From positions 33,604,001 through 33,668,000 of the forward strand of contig NC_042998.1 of assembly GCF_006345805.1 (NCBI RefSeq): a stretch of DNA of 64,000 nucleotides, read 5' to 3'. This DNA comes from Octopus sinensis (lineage: Eukaryota). This document shows positions 36,046 to 48,527 of the stretch, piece by piece. Under the pieces are notes generated by a model. That model searched no databases, was not told where the DNA came from, and saw nothing but the letters and a program-made list of their open reading frames with translations. How positions within the stretch are numbered: the stretch's first letter is position 1; each line of letters starts with the position of its first letter. Both the position numbers and the translations under genes were made by a program.

Positions 36046-36315
36046 AGCGTGGAAGGTGTTTATAAGCCATTTAAGAAACACACAAAAGCCGTTCGATTCA
36101 CTTCAACATTTAAGTTTAATTTGTCAAAATATTTTCGTCACTTTAAGACCACGACCTGTTCACTGACAAAAATCTGTGCTGCATCTCTGTCAGTGAACAG
36201 GTCGCGGTCTTATAGCGACGAAAAAAATATATTTTCACAAATTAAACTTAAATGTTGAAGTGAATCGAACGGCTTTTGTGTGTTTCTTAAATGGCTTACA
36301 AACACCTTCCACGCT
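36046..36315. repeat. Long inverted repeat (~123-bp arms, 19-nt loop)
   Basis: 36046-36168 is the reverse complement of 36188-36315 apart from a few substitutions and an A-run expansion. Confidence 0.92.
36120..36170 (-). ncRNA. Hammerhead-like motif with G3-C8 swapped core (GUGAACA)
   Basis: Minus strand: tttgtca-GTGAACA-G-gtcgt(9 nt)gtgac-GAAA-atat-T-T-tgacaaa. 7-bp stem I and palindromic stem III. The mirror copy at 36188-36241 (+) has a perfect gtcgc/gcgac stem II. Confidence 0.65.
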
Positions 36316-37122
36316 ACTCTATTTTCTATTGCTTCGAATCAGTAAACGAGGCATCATTTATTTCTGCGCCATCAACGGCAATCATTGACGATAAGGTCAT
36401 TCAAATGGCGGGAGCTAATAAATTTCTTGACTCGATTTCATATCGAAATTTGTAGAAATATTGGGCATCTCACACATTTAGTAATTTCTTCTTTTCATTT
36501 TTGTTTCTTCTTTCTTTGCAGAAGATTAAGTGTGCCATAGTACTGATTTGAAAAAAAAAAAGCTTCATTATAAACATAGATTATGTAAAAAGTTTAAGAC
36601 ATCCTTGTACTATTACGAATCTTGGTTGAATGTAATGCACAAAGAATATTTGCAGCCCGGCAGCTGAGTCGTAAAAATTCCCCAAAACGTGAAAATTTTT
36701 CAAAAACAACATAATTCTGCCAAACATTCACTATATGTATATGCACATGCACGCAGACACACGCGCACACACACACACATACACACACGCATACGCACTC
36801 ACACACACAAATACACACGCATAAACACTAACATACACACACATGCACAAACATAAAAACACGCACACATACACACACCAGAACATCTGATGAAGTTTTG
36901 GATGCATGAAGATTGCATATGGTTAATATTAATCATCGTGTAAATGTCATTGAAACACGCGTAAAGTTGATATAAATACTTTAAGATTATATGCTCCCGC
37001 CTTGTATATCTTGCAAACATACATAGGCATCTAAATACTAACAAAGGAAATGTAAGCAACAATGAAAAACGCCAATTACGACCAAACTGTAACAGTAGAA
37101 ATACTTATGGTACATCTAAAAC

Positions 37123-37500
37123 GGTAACAACGATAAATGCTCATGCAGAGAAAAATCAAAATGTCCATTGATGAATCTCTGTATGAATACAAATCTTGTA
37201 TATAAATGTACCGTGTACACAAGGGAAAGGCCGCATGTTTACACTGGGCAGACGGCTGATTCTTAAAAGAATCATAATCGTAACTATGTTGCCAACTTTA
37301 AGACTTTGTACTGCGACTGAAGGAAGATAAAATGAAGTGCAGCATAACTTGGTCCATAGTAAGGCATGCGAAACCATATAATATAATTTCCAGGAGATTC
37401 CATCTCTGCTCTGAGGAATCCCTGTCTGTTCTGTGGACTAATGAGAAGATCATTAATAGAATTTCTGAAAGACTCTCCAGATGCCTACACACATATAAAT
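37123..37500 (+). pseudogene. Penelope-like element GIY-YIG endonuclease remnant
   Basis: KCSCREKSKCPLMNLCMNTNLVYKCTVYTRERPHVYTGQTADS*K, then after a frameshift ITWSIVRHAKPY…FHLCSEE…IINRISERLSRCLH. This matches the PLE pattern CNCR..CPL.G.C….VY…YIG.T…W.I…A.PY…C.LC..E…LN.RSE..S.C.H. Confidence 0.8.
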
Positions 37501-37933
37501 GTACTTCCGCACAATGCAGTGGGAATGAATTTTTAGTAACTGTTAATATAATTTACTTTAAGGTATTGATGAATTAAGTTTACTTTTAACCTCCCCATTC
37601 TTGCAAACATCAAGTAGATAGCTAACTCGCTTTGTGATCATGAGTGCACCAAACCTCACGTGTGCGTATGCTCACATTTTTGCGGATGCTTCTATGAGCG
37701 AGTGTACTCGCGTGATGCAGCTTGCTCGAGGGCGTTTATGCATTCATATTTGTTAACGGTTATTTTTAATACTTTTCTCGCTGGATTGCGTGTTCGTTTC
37801 TCTTTTTGCCATCTGTGATTTTATTTTTAATCTTCTATATAAATGAAGACACTTCCTCCGTCTGGCTGCTTTTCTTTCTACAAAATGAGAAGATACATTG
37901 CAGAGCAGTCATTTTAATGAGGTGAATTTATTT

Positions 37934-38016
37934 ATCACCCGATGCTCCTGAACCAGTTGTTGAGTGTCCCACCCATGAGGAATCGATGCTAGATGTGTTG
38001 AAACAATTGTCGTGAT
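37934..38016 (+). ncRNA. Decayed hammerhead-like motif downstream of the PLE remnant
   Basis: atcac-CCGATGC-…-GAAA-caattg-TC-gtgat. Stems I and III are good; stem II is not recoverable. Confidence 0.4.
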
Positions 38017-38966
38017 TGATAATAAATTCTCGTATATTCCATCTCCCGTCTTTCATTTGCCATATATATGTATATAAATATATGTGTGTGTGTGTGTGTG
38101 TGCAAGTGCATGCGTGTTTGTATCTGCATGTGTGTGTGTGTATGAGGATATCTTTTAAATATTTTATATTGTAAGCACATAGGTACTCAAGTACAAAGGG
38201 TTTTCGTATTTCTTTGTTTCTGTTGTATGTCTTTTTCTGGAAAATAAAAAAGTTCATCTTCATCTCAACTCGAAACTACAAGCTATTAAAGACATACTTC
38301 AAACAATATTAAGACATGCACATTTCGATGCAGATTCAGACGTTGTGAACTGCGTAACTCCGGCTATTCTCAGAGACACAGAAGTTCGACACGTTCTTGC
38401 CAAAGGACCATACATTTCAAGCATCACAGCATATTATACTACAGAACACAACATAAATCCACACGGGAAAACATTAGTTACTAACTCAACCATTTTACAA
38501 AGAATTTCTCAAACGAGAAAATAATTAGTTTCGTGATGGAAGTTTTAGTAAAAGCATTATAGCAAAATATAAGCAATAGTAACAGATTTTTAGCACCCTC
38601 CTAGTAAAATAAAACAAATACTAACAGTTAAGTGTCAAAATTTTGAACACAAGATGAGCAGCTGTGATAACCATGGTGAGTAAAAACAAAACGCCATTGA
38701 AGGCCCCTTTCTTCGTGTATAAAATAAAATCGAGAAGGTTTAAGAAATGTTGATGGACTTAGTAACATCATTGTCGTAGACTAAACATGAAGTGTTAATA
38801 AGGAAATAAGAGGTTTTTCGCAAAATCAAATAAAGTTTTAGCACCGAAATGGGTTTTAAATATTACCATCTCCACACACAAATACATGCATATCTATCTA
38901 CCTACCTATTTACATACATACATATACATATATACATATTTACACGCACATATATATATACATATT

Positions 38967-39029
<63 letters not shown>

Positions 39030-39450
39030 CTACCTACCTATTTACATACATAGATATATACATGGGTGGGGTGTATGCGTGTCTGAGTGGAAAATGATAC
39101 ACGAGAGGCTAAAGGGCTGAGAGTTTCGTGCTTCCTATTTACCAGACTTTGCAACTCGTGAAGGTCTCAGTCCTTGTGCGACATATATCGCTTTTTTTGC
39201 ACACACACACACGCACACACGCACACACACACACGCACACACACACACGCACGCACGCACGCACACACGCACACACACACACAAGCACATGCACACATTC
39301 GCACAAACCCACACACACTTGCTCTTGAATACAGAGTTCTATTTATATTGCTTGTTCCATGAAACCTATATCTGTCTACTTACCTACCTGCCTAACGATT
39401 TACATATCTATTTATCTATCTACTTACCTATCTATCTATCTATCTATCTA

Positions 39451-41950
39451 CAACAAATGGTGGTTTGCCCTCAAGAGAGCAGTAAAAGCAGAAGCGATTA
39501 GGTACAGCAAAGCACTAGCCATAGATAGAAATAGAGTAGAGGGTGAGCTAGTTAAGAAGCTAGAAGAGGCAATTAGAAGCGGCATCGCATCCGACGTTTT
39601 GGCGGCGAGGTTGGCCCTCGACCAACACTTCAACGCCAAACACGAAGGATGTGCTGTCAGAGCTAGGATGCGTGCTCTAAGGAACGAAGGTGTTGGAGCC
39701 GCGAGAGAGGCCCGGGTGGCAGAGGCGCAACAGGGCAACAAAGCCACCATTCGGTCACTGGTAGATGAACAGGGGCGCGAATTGCTCGAGCCAAATAAAA
39801 TGTGTGAGGCCTTTCAGCAACATTTTGCCCGACTGTTCGGAACGAGTGGAGGGCAAGAACGTAGGGTGGACTTCAGTGCCTACCTACATAGCCTACCACG
39901 ACTCTCGACAAGAAAGGCAGGGTGCTGCGAAGGTGCCATCACGGCGGCGGAAGTGCGGGAAGCGATGGCAGAATGCTCGAGGGACAAATCACCGGGTTTG
40001 GATGGTCTACCCTACGAGCTTTACAATTGTATGCCAGACTTGTTTGGAGATCTCTTGGCGGCGGTGTACTGCAACTGGCAGCAAAACGGGAGCATTCCTG
40101 GTTTTGTGAGCCGAGGAGCCGTAACACTGCTGAAGAAAGATATAAACAAGGGAAATGTAATAGATAACTTTAGGCCCATCACTCTGCTTAATGCAGACTT
40201 GAAAATTTTGGCCAAGGTGTTAGCCAAGAGGTTGGCGCTTGTCATCGAGAAACTGGTCGACAAGGCGCAAACATGCGCCGTGCCAGGCCGGACCATCCAT
40301 GACAACCTCCATCTGATGCGCTACATCATAGACAGGGTAGTTAACGAACCTGGCATGGGTGGGGCCCTGATCAACTTGGATCAATCGAAAGCCTTTGATA
40401 GGGTAGACCATCGATACTTGGAGGCAGTCCTGAGAGCGGCTGGTTTCGGTCCCGTCTTCCGCGGCTGGATAGCTGCCTTGTACAGAGGCATCCGTTCGGT
40501 AATTCGCGTAAATGGACATCTATCGAGACCTTTCGACATTGCACGTTCGGTCCGTCAGGGATGCCCCCTCTCGGCGCTTCTATACGTATTGACTCTTGAG
40601 CCACTACTGCGGAAGCTGGCGACTCTAAGGGGCATCCCGCGAGAATTGGGATGCGGGACGAGCGTGTCTGCATACGCGGACGACGTCACCGTCATAGTGT
40701 CAAGCCACGAGCACATCGAGCTGGTCGGTGAGACACTGAAAAACTACGAAGCGGTGACAGGAGCGAAAATCAACCGGGAAAAGTCAGTGGGCTTGCGACT
40801 AGGCACCTGGAGAAGCAAGCCCATGCCGTCCACCAGCGCCTCCGTCGTGGGACGCTGGACCGACGGCCCGGTCGAGTTGCTCGGGGTCTGGTTTGGTCCG
40901 GACCTCCAAGTGGAGAAGAACTGGAACGAGATAACGAGTAGGGTGGTCACTCTCGCCCGGCAATGGGCCGAGAGGAAACTGTCCCTAAAAGGTCGAGCGG
41001 AGGTGGCGAACACGTACATCGCGTCCGTCATCTACTACCGCCTGACCGTCGTACCTTGTCCCGACCCTACCATCACCAAACTACAACGCATCCTCTTTCG
41101 CTTCTTGTGGAAAGGATGCGTCCCGATGGTCAGGCGATCCATTTGCTGTCAACACCCGTTAAAAGGAGGGCTGGGCATGCCGTGGTTGATGATGCGCAGA
41201 CACGCGCTGAGACTGCGACATCTCTGGCTCTATGTAGACGACGGTGAACAGGTGTGGTCGCCGTTTGTGAGGCACGCTTTCCCGCAGCTCGTCTCCATGA
41301 CCGAACTGCAGTCGTGGATCAAAAAGAGGCCGAGGAAGGGCGAATGGCACCGCGAGTGTCGCGTTGCTCTCAAGCAACTCTGCCGTCCTGGGTCGACCTT
41401 AAGTGACTTCAACACAACCAAAGCATTCTATAGGGGTTTAGTGGAGGGGAGGTACGACGACGAGCTCGGGGCGAACCTGGACGTCGACGAGGAGTACCTG
41501 ACCCGCTTGTTCGGGACGACTTTCGGGCCAGGGCCCATGGACAACTTCCAGAGATCCCTGGCCTGGCAGTGCTACCGAGAAGCGCTACCCGTTCGGGATA
41601 AGCTCTACAGACACGGCTCGAGAAACACGGGGCCGACCTGCCCGAGATGCGGTCAGAGCGACGAAACCGTTCTGCACGCACTCGTTCAGTGTCCAACAAT
41701 TTCCGACCTGTGGGCTTATGTCGAACAACTGCTGTCACGTGTGGGACGAGTCGGTTTATCAGCTGAGTCTATCGTCAATATTGTCACGCCTCCTTCCTTC
41801 AAACGGGAAGGAAGAGCTATTTTCATCATCCTTGTGGCTATGGCGAAAGAATGTATCTGGTGGACGCGTCTGAAAGGATTGGAGACAAACACTTTCCTCT
41901 CTGGTCAATCTCTCATCAACTTCTTCAAGTACCACTTGAAAAGGAAGTGA
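39451..41950 (+). CDS. ORF2 remnant: reverse transcriptase plus C-terminal zinc-knuckle region, no endonuclease domain
   Basis: KSPGLDGLPYE, FRPITLLNADLKILAK, DQSKAFDRVDH, VRQGCPLS, AYADDVTV, KGGLGMP, CPRCGQSDETVLHALVQC. The ORF-track start at 39359 lies in microsatellite. The stop at 41950 comes from a 1-nt deletion relative to copy 4 (AAAAGGAAGTGA vs AAAAGGAAAGTGA). Confidence 0.85.
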
Positions 41951-42442
41951 GAGTAGAGAGGCAAGTTTTGTCTAGCGAATGTTTTAAAAAAAGATGGGTG
42001 AATGTAGCAAGAATGGCACGTATGAATGACGAAGCCACCTTGAGCATAGTCCTATGAGCCCAGAAATCGAAAACAGAGAGTTGCTTATTTGCAAAAAAAA
42101 AAAAAAAAAAAAAGAAATATAAAATGTGACTTCATTGACCGAGGTTACCGTGGTCTTTTCCGTAGGCTTTTCTTTCCACGGGTAAACCTCACCTGTCCTC
42201 CCCTTTACACTTCATATTGACATTTCTGTGATAACGATCCCTATTGATCATTTTTTTTCCTCTCCCCCTTTTTTTTTTTTTTTTAACCCCCCCCTTTTTT
42301 TTGTCCTCTTTCTCTCCTTTTACGATCCCTTTTGATCGAAACTCCCCTTTCCTTTTTTTTTTTTTTTAAACCTTCAAAAGAAAAGCTCTACCTTGTAATT
42401 TGTTCTATCTGTGTGCAGCCCTGTGTGGCTAATAAAGAAACA
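39451..42442 (+). mobile_element. 5'-truncated Tx1/L1-clade non-LTR retrotransposon (copy 1 of 4)
   Basis: Starts abruptly after (CTAT)n and ends AATAAAGAAACA followed by (TATC)n. Contains the RT ORF and a pyrimidine-rich 3' UTR. Confidence 0.92.
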
Positions 42443-42512
<70 letters not shown>

Positions 42513-42557
42513 GCTATCTATCTATCTACCTACCCACCTACTTATCTATCTATTTAT

Positions 42558-42880
42558 CCGGAAAATTTTTAAACAGAGAGTTACTTACTTGCAAATAAAT
42601 GTGTTAACATGTGACATTATTGATCGAGGTTACAGTGGTCTTTTCCGTAGGCTTTTCTTTCCACGGATAAACCTTATCTGCTTCCCCCTTTACACTTTAC
42701 ATCATGACATTTCTATGATGCACGATCCCTATTGATTGTTTTTTCCCTCTCTTTTTACAATCCTTTTGATCGAAAACCTACCCCCTTTTTATTTTTATTT
42801 TCTTCTTTTTTTTCTCCCCAAAAAGAAAAGCTCTAATTTGTTCCCTCTGTGTTCAGTCCTGTGTGGCTAATAAAGAAGCA
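42558..42880 (+). mobile_element. Tx1-family copy 2 (3' UTR only)
   Basis: Aligns to 42060-42442; flanked by (TATC)n-type tracts. Confidence 0.85.
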
Positions 42881-43022
42881 TATTTATTTATCTATCTGCT
42901 TACTTACCTACCTACCTACCTACCTACCTACCTACCTATTTATCTATCTATCTATTTACCTATCTACCTATCGATCTACCTACAACCTGCCTACCTACCA
43001 ACCTGCCTATCTACCTACCTCC

Positions 43023-43053
<31 letters not shown>

Positions 43054-43086
43054 CCTCCCTATCTATCTATCTATCTATCTACCTCC

Positions 43087-43125
<39 letters not shown>

Positions 43126-43180
43126 CCTACATACCCGCCTACCTGCCTATCTATCTATCAAAATCTATCTATCTACCTCC

Positions 43181-43235
<55 letters not shown>

Positions 43236-43275
43236 CCTACCTACCTACCTACCTACCTGCCTATCTATCTATCAA

Positions 43276-43313
<38 letters not shown>

Positions 43314-43322
43314 CCTACCTAC
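42881..43322. repeat. (CTAT/CTAC)n compound microsatellite
   Basis: Directly visible. Confidence 0.95.
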
Positions 43323-43442
43323 CTTGTTTTTTTTTACGATCCCTTTTGATTGAAACCCCCCTTTTTTTCTCTCCAAAATGAAAAGCTCTACTTTGTAATT
43401 TGTCCCCTCTGTGTTCAGCCCTGTGTGGCTAATAAAGAAACA
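43323..43442 (+). mobile_element. Tx1-family copy 3 (terminal ~120 bp)
   Basis: ACGATCCCTTTTGATTG…GCCCTGTGTGGCTAATAAAGAAACA followed by (TATC)n. Confidence 0.85.
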
Positions 43443-43471
43443 TATCTATCTATCCATCCATCTATCTATCT

Positions 43472-45140
43472 AGCCCATGCCGTCCACCAGCGCCTCCGTC
43501 GTGGGACGCTGGACCGACGGTCCGGTCGAGTTGCTCGGGGTCTGGTTCGATCCGGACCTCCAAGTGGAGAAGAACTGGAACGAGATAACGAGTAGGGTGG
43601 TCACTCTCGCCCAGCAATGGGCCGAGAGGAAACTGTCCCAAAAAGGTCGGGCAGAGGTGGCGAACACGTACATCGCGTCCGTCATCTACTACCGCCTGAC
43701 CGTCGTGCCTTGTCTCGACCCTACCATCACCAAACTAGAACGCATTCTCTTTCGCTTCTTGTGGAAAGGATGCGTCCCGATGGTAGGTGATCCATTTGCT
43801 GTCAACATCCGTTAAAAGGAGGACTGGTTGATGATGCGCAGACACGCGCTGAGACTGCGACATCTCAGGCTCTTCGTAGACGACGGTGAACAGGTGTGGT
43901 CGCCGTTTGTGAGGCACGCTTTCCCGCAGCTCGTCCTCATGACCGAAGTGCAGTTGTGGATCAAAAAGAGGCCGAGGAAGGGCTAATGGCACCGCGAGTG
44001 TCGCGTTGTTCTCAAGCAACTCTGCCGTCCTGGGTCGACCTTGAGTGACTTCATCACAACCAAAGCATTCTATAGGGGATTGATGAAGGGGAGGTACGAC
44101 GACGAGCTCGGGGCGAACCTGGACGTCGACGAGGAGTACCTGACCCGCCTGTTCGGGACGACTTTCGGGCCAGGGCCCATGGACAACTTCCAGAGATCCC
44201 TGGACTGGCAGTGCTACCGAGAAGCGCTACCCGTTCGGAATAAGCTCTACAGACACGGCTCGAAAAACACGGGGCCGACCTGCCCGAGATGCGGTCAGAG
44301 CGACGAAACCGTTCTGCACGCAATCGTGCAATGTCCAACAATTTCCGACCTGTGGGCTCATGTCGAACAACTGCTGTCACGTGTGGGACGAGTCGGTTTA
44401 TCAACTGAGTCTATCGTCAATATTGTCACGCTTCCTTCCTTCAAACGGGAAGGAAAAGTTATTTTCATCATCCTTGTGGCTATGGCGAAAGAATGTATCT
44501 GGTGGACGCGTCTGAAAGGATTGGAGACAAACACTTTCCTCTCTGATCAATCTCTCATCAACTTCTTCAAGTACCACTTGAAAAGGAAAGTGAGAGTAGA
44601 GAGGCAAGTTTTGTCTAGCGAATGTTTTAAAAAAAGATGGTTGAATGTAGCAAGGATGGCACGTATGAATGACGAAGCCACCTTGAGCACAATCCTATGA
44701 ACCCAGAAATTGAAAACAGAGGGTTACCCACTTGCAAACAAATGTGGTAACATATAACAATATTGACCAAGGTTACCGTGGTCTTTTTCGTAGGCTTTTC
44801 TTCCCACGGATAAACCTTACTTGCTTTCCCCTTTACACCATACATCATAACACTGTGATACACGATCCCTATTGATCGTTTTTTTTACTCTTCCTCTTTT
44901 TTTCCTCTTTTTTCTTCTTTTTTCATTTCTCTTTTCTTTTGTTCCTTTTCCTTTTTTTCTTTTTTTTAAATTTTATTTTTTGTTCTTTTTTTTCCCTTTT
45001 ACGATCCCTTTTGATCGAAAACCTACACCACCTTTTTTTTTGTTTCTTTTGTTTTTTGTTTTTTTTCATCCCCCAAAAGAAAAGCTCTACCTTGTAACTT
45101 GTCCCATCTGTGTGCAGCCCTGTGTGGCCAATAAAGAAAC
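43472..45140 (+). mobile_element. Tx1-family copy 4 (5'-truncated, ORF disrupted, C-terminus intact)
   Basis: Near-identical to 40819-42442 with small deletions and stops. ORF pieces at 43477-43815 and 44041-44700. Ends AATAAAGAAAC followed by TTATCTATCT. Confidence 0.92.
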
Positions 45141-45561
45141 TTATCTATCTAACTACTTGTGTGTGTGTGTCTGTGACCCTGTTTGTCTCCCCAAATGCTT
45201 GACAACCACTAATGACTTATTCAAATACTTTTCCACTCCCCGAAATTGCTGGCCTTGTGTCATAATTTGAAATCAATATATATATCATATTTGTCAGAAA
45301 CCATTATGTCTACTAACAAGAAATAAATTTTAAATGAATGAATTAGTTTGTCCTATTTTCAGCTTTTGTTACAAGAAATATTTATAAGATTTAAGATGCG
45401 ATAAATCTATGTTTGAAATATTAAAGTTTCATTAAAACCTTAACGCAGCTTTTCCTTGAAATCGGATAGAAACAGAACTAGGCCAGGATTATAATTTTCT
45501 ATCTACCCCTTCCTTTTTTCCTCTCCTTAGCAACAATTACCACCACCACCACCACCACCAT

Positions 45562-45599
<38 letters not shown>

Positions 45600-46328
45600 A
45601 ACATTACAAGACCAATGTGTCCCTTTTTTTGTTTCTTTTTAGGACACCGTGCAATTTAATATATCGTTATCTTTTCTCTCTTTTTGTAATAACAAGAGTG
45701 TTTATTTGAAAAGGATATTTGAAATCTTCGTGCAGTTACGGCTCATGCGGTGGCAACTGAATGAATAACAGGTAAACTGAGAGCAAGGTCATGTTTTCTC
45801 TAACTATATATCTTAGTTTTCGTTTTTTTTTTCACACCCAGGGAGCTTATTGATCTACGTGCGGACTCCAGTAAAGTAGGCCATTTCAGAAAACTCTATC
45901 TACTATCGAATTAGCTACTTTACAAGTAACATGCATAAAATAATGTTTTGCAGTTAATCTTCATGTCAAGCTACAAATTGTGGTCGACACCATCACAGGA
46001 CAGTAATCCGTCGCCATATCGCGGTTCGTGGAGGTGCAATGGCCCAGTGGTTAGGGCAGCGGACTCGCGGTCGGAGGATCGCGGTTTCGATTCCTAGATG
46101 CGGTTGAGAATCATTATCACCTCAGTACTTAACTGATACTTTATTGACCAGCCCAGGAAAAATGGAAGTGATAATTCGAATGCAGCGATGATTGGATATC
46201 CGCCATCATTATCAGATAAGACGCAAATCTAGTTATGATGGGAAGGTTGCCGTCGACAGAGAAGTTTTTGTTTGGGAAATGTTTTTTTTTTGTTTGCAAC
46301 AGTGTTTGTTATCGTAATGCTGCCTGCT

Positions 46329-46369
<41 letters not shown>

Positions 46370-46989
46370 ATACCCAGAAAAAATACTGCTAGGCATTCTA
46401 GCCATTTTAACGACTCTAGCAATTGGCCGCTTTGACTTAGTCTTTCTAGTTGTTATTGAATATTGGTTTCAGGTTTTGGCACAAGGCCAGCAATTTCGGA
46501 GGAGTGCGTAAGTCGATTACATCTACCCCAGTACTCAATCGGTACTTATTTTATCGACCATGAAAGGCTGAAATGCAAAGTCGACCTCGGTGGTCTTTTA
46601 CCGGTGCGATAACAATTCTGCCAGCTCGCCTATTCATATTGTAAATGAATATTTAAAAAAACGGAACGCATCACAACCGTCGTTGGAAGCAAAACAGAAA
46701 CAGGCTAATTTGTTGGCTTCTTTCACTTGATGTCCATACAGCCTGGAAAAGCAGCCACATCTGATTCTAAAATGCTATATTACGCAATGACTGTGTGTTC
46801 CTACATCATAAGTAGCGCTCACCCATATTCATAATGCTTCAGTAAATTACAACACACCACAGGTAATAATAATACATTTCAGCATCTTTTGAATGTGTAC
46901 AAAAGCCTCTATTTTTTATTAAAGGTGATTAGAAGCTGTAACAGTCATTCTTTTTCGAAATACGTTAGTGTTATAAGTTAAGTAAAATA

Positions 46990-47223
46990 CCTATTTCTTT
47001 ACTACCCACAAGGGGCTAAACACAGAGAGGACAAATAAGGACAGACAAACGGATTAAGTCAATTACATTGACCCCAGTGCGTAACTAGTACTTATTTAAT
47101 CGACCCCGAAAGGATGAAAGGCAAAGTCGACCTCGGCGGAATTTGAACTCAGAACGTAGCGGCATGCGAAATACTGCTAAGCATTTCGCCCGGCGTGTTA
47201 ACGTTTCTGCCAGCTCGCCGCCT
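46990..47223 (-). mobile_element. Full-length type D SINE with 16-bp TSD
   Basis: TAAGTTAAGT(A/G)AAATA at 46974-89 and 47224-39. Confidence 0.9.
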
Positions 47224-47239
47224 TAAGTTAAGTGAAATA

Positions 47240-47380
47240 TAAGGTTGTCCCAAAAGTTCGTAGAAAGTCTTGGAAAATAATGGTCTTTATTTTGAGGAAT
47301 AATTTTTGTTGTTTTTGTTAGTACTTGGCCAGTAAAAATTCAATTTTCGCAAGTGTTTACGAACTTTTGGGACAACCTAA
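47240..47380 (-). mobile_element. Mariner-type MITE (second copy)
   Basis: TA flanks; reverse complement of 17963-18103. Confidence 0.9.
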
Positions 47381-48492
47381 TAGTTTCACCCGGGAAGAGA
47401 ACCTTGACGATTGCATAGATTCATCCGATGTTACCCTGTGCTCTTTTAGCGCTTACCACTGTATTCGAAGATTATTGACATTCAAATTCGTGCCGAGAAT
47501 ATTAGGACCACAGACTAGTTTGACATCATGAAACATTCCTATTTTAAAAAGAAAACACAAAATATTGTATTAGAGTTTAATTGCCGTTTGTTGCCAAAGA
47601 CAGACGTAATTCCTTTCAGCATAAATGAAATGCGAGCAAAAACCGGGACAAAGAAGCAGAATAATAGTATAAAATAAATAACTGGAGATAGCATGTTGAT
47701 GTTTATTTAGAGGTAACCTTTGATATTCAGGCAAATATGGAAAGAATTTCGAAAGTCACGAAATAGTTCCAATTACTGGCTGATCTATTCAAAACAAAAC
47801 GATTAAACTGGATTTTTCTTTTTTATCAAAGAAATAAATAATAAAAAAAAAGGCATTAAACCCTTAACCTAGTCTTTTGATACATTGGCTATGATTATTA
47901 AAAGGAAAAAAAATTACTGTGGTTGGTTATATAGTATCAGTAATATCAATTGTTAGAGGTTGCGAACGCAGAGGAGAGAAAACCCGCTAATGAAGGTATT
48001 TTCAACTGAGCGTGAAAATCGGGTCACGGACTGGGTTTGCAAAAGTTTTAACCCCACAATGTAGTTTTTGTAATTTATGCTGTCGGTGTCTTATTTGCAA
48101 CAAAGAAATTATAAAGTACTCAATTTTTATTCGTTTATTCCAACATTCATTAACTAAATATTTTGATGATTACAAATCCTGACACATTATATGTGACTGG
48201 TATATGTATCACGGCTATTATATTGAATCGAAGAAATTTCGCTATAAAGTGAATCTCGATGGAATCTAAACACGGAAACTATAAGGAAGATTCCATTGTG
48301 TATCACTGCATTAATTTTACGAATTCATTGGCCTTATATGTACGACCTCAACTATATGTGTGTGTATCGAATAATATATAACTTTATTTTTTTGTAATCA
48401 CCGTAATTTTATTCTTAATGTGAATAAAATGGGATCTACAAAGTATTTATATTACCTATAGTGGAATTTACCGTAGTGGGATTTACCTAGAA

Positions 48493-48527
<35 letters not shown>

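Noticed and set aside
38330-38450. LRDTEVRHVLAKGP peptide resembling a PLE N-terminal KGP motif
   Set aside because: The match is only a few residues with no supporting flanking motifs; too weak to call.
39359-39450. Apparent N-terminus ([12 protein letters not shown]…) of the 863-aa ORF
   Set aside because: It is read through (CTAC/CTAT)n flanking DNA. The element begins at about 39451 and has lost its true start and endonuclease.
46028-46095. tRNA-like segment with A/B boxes
   Set aside because: It matches SINE head A, lacks a complete cloverleaf and acceptor stem, and is a truncated SINE rather than a tRNA gene. The same applies to all SINE heads here.
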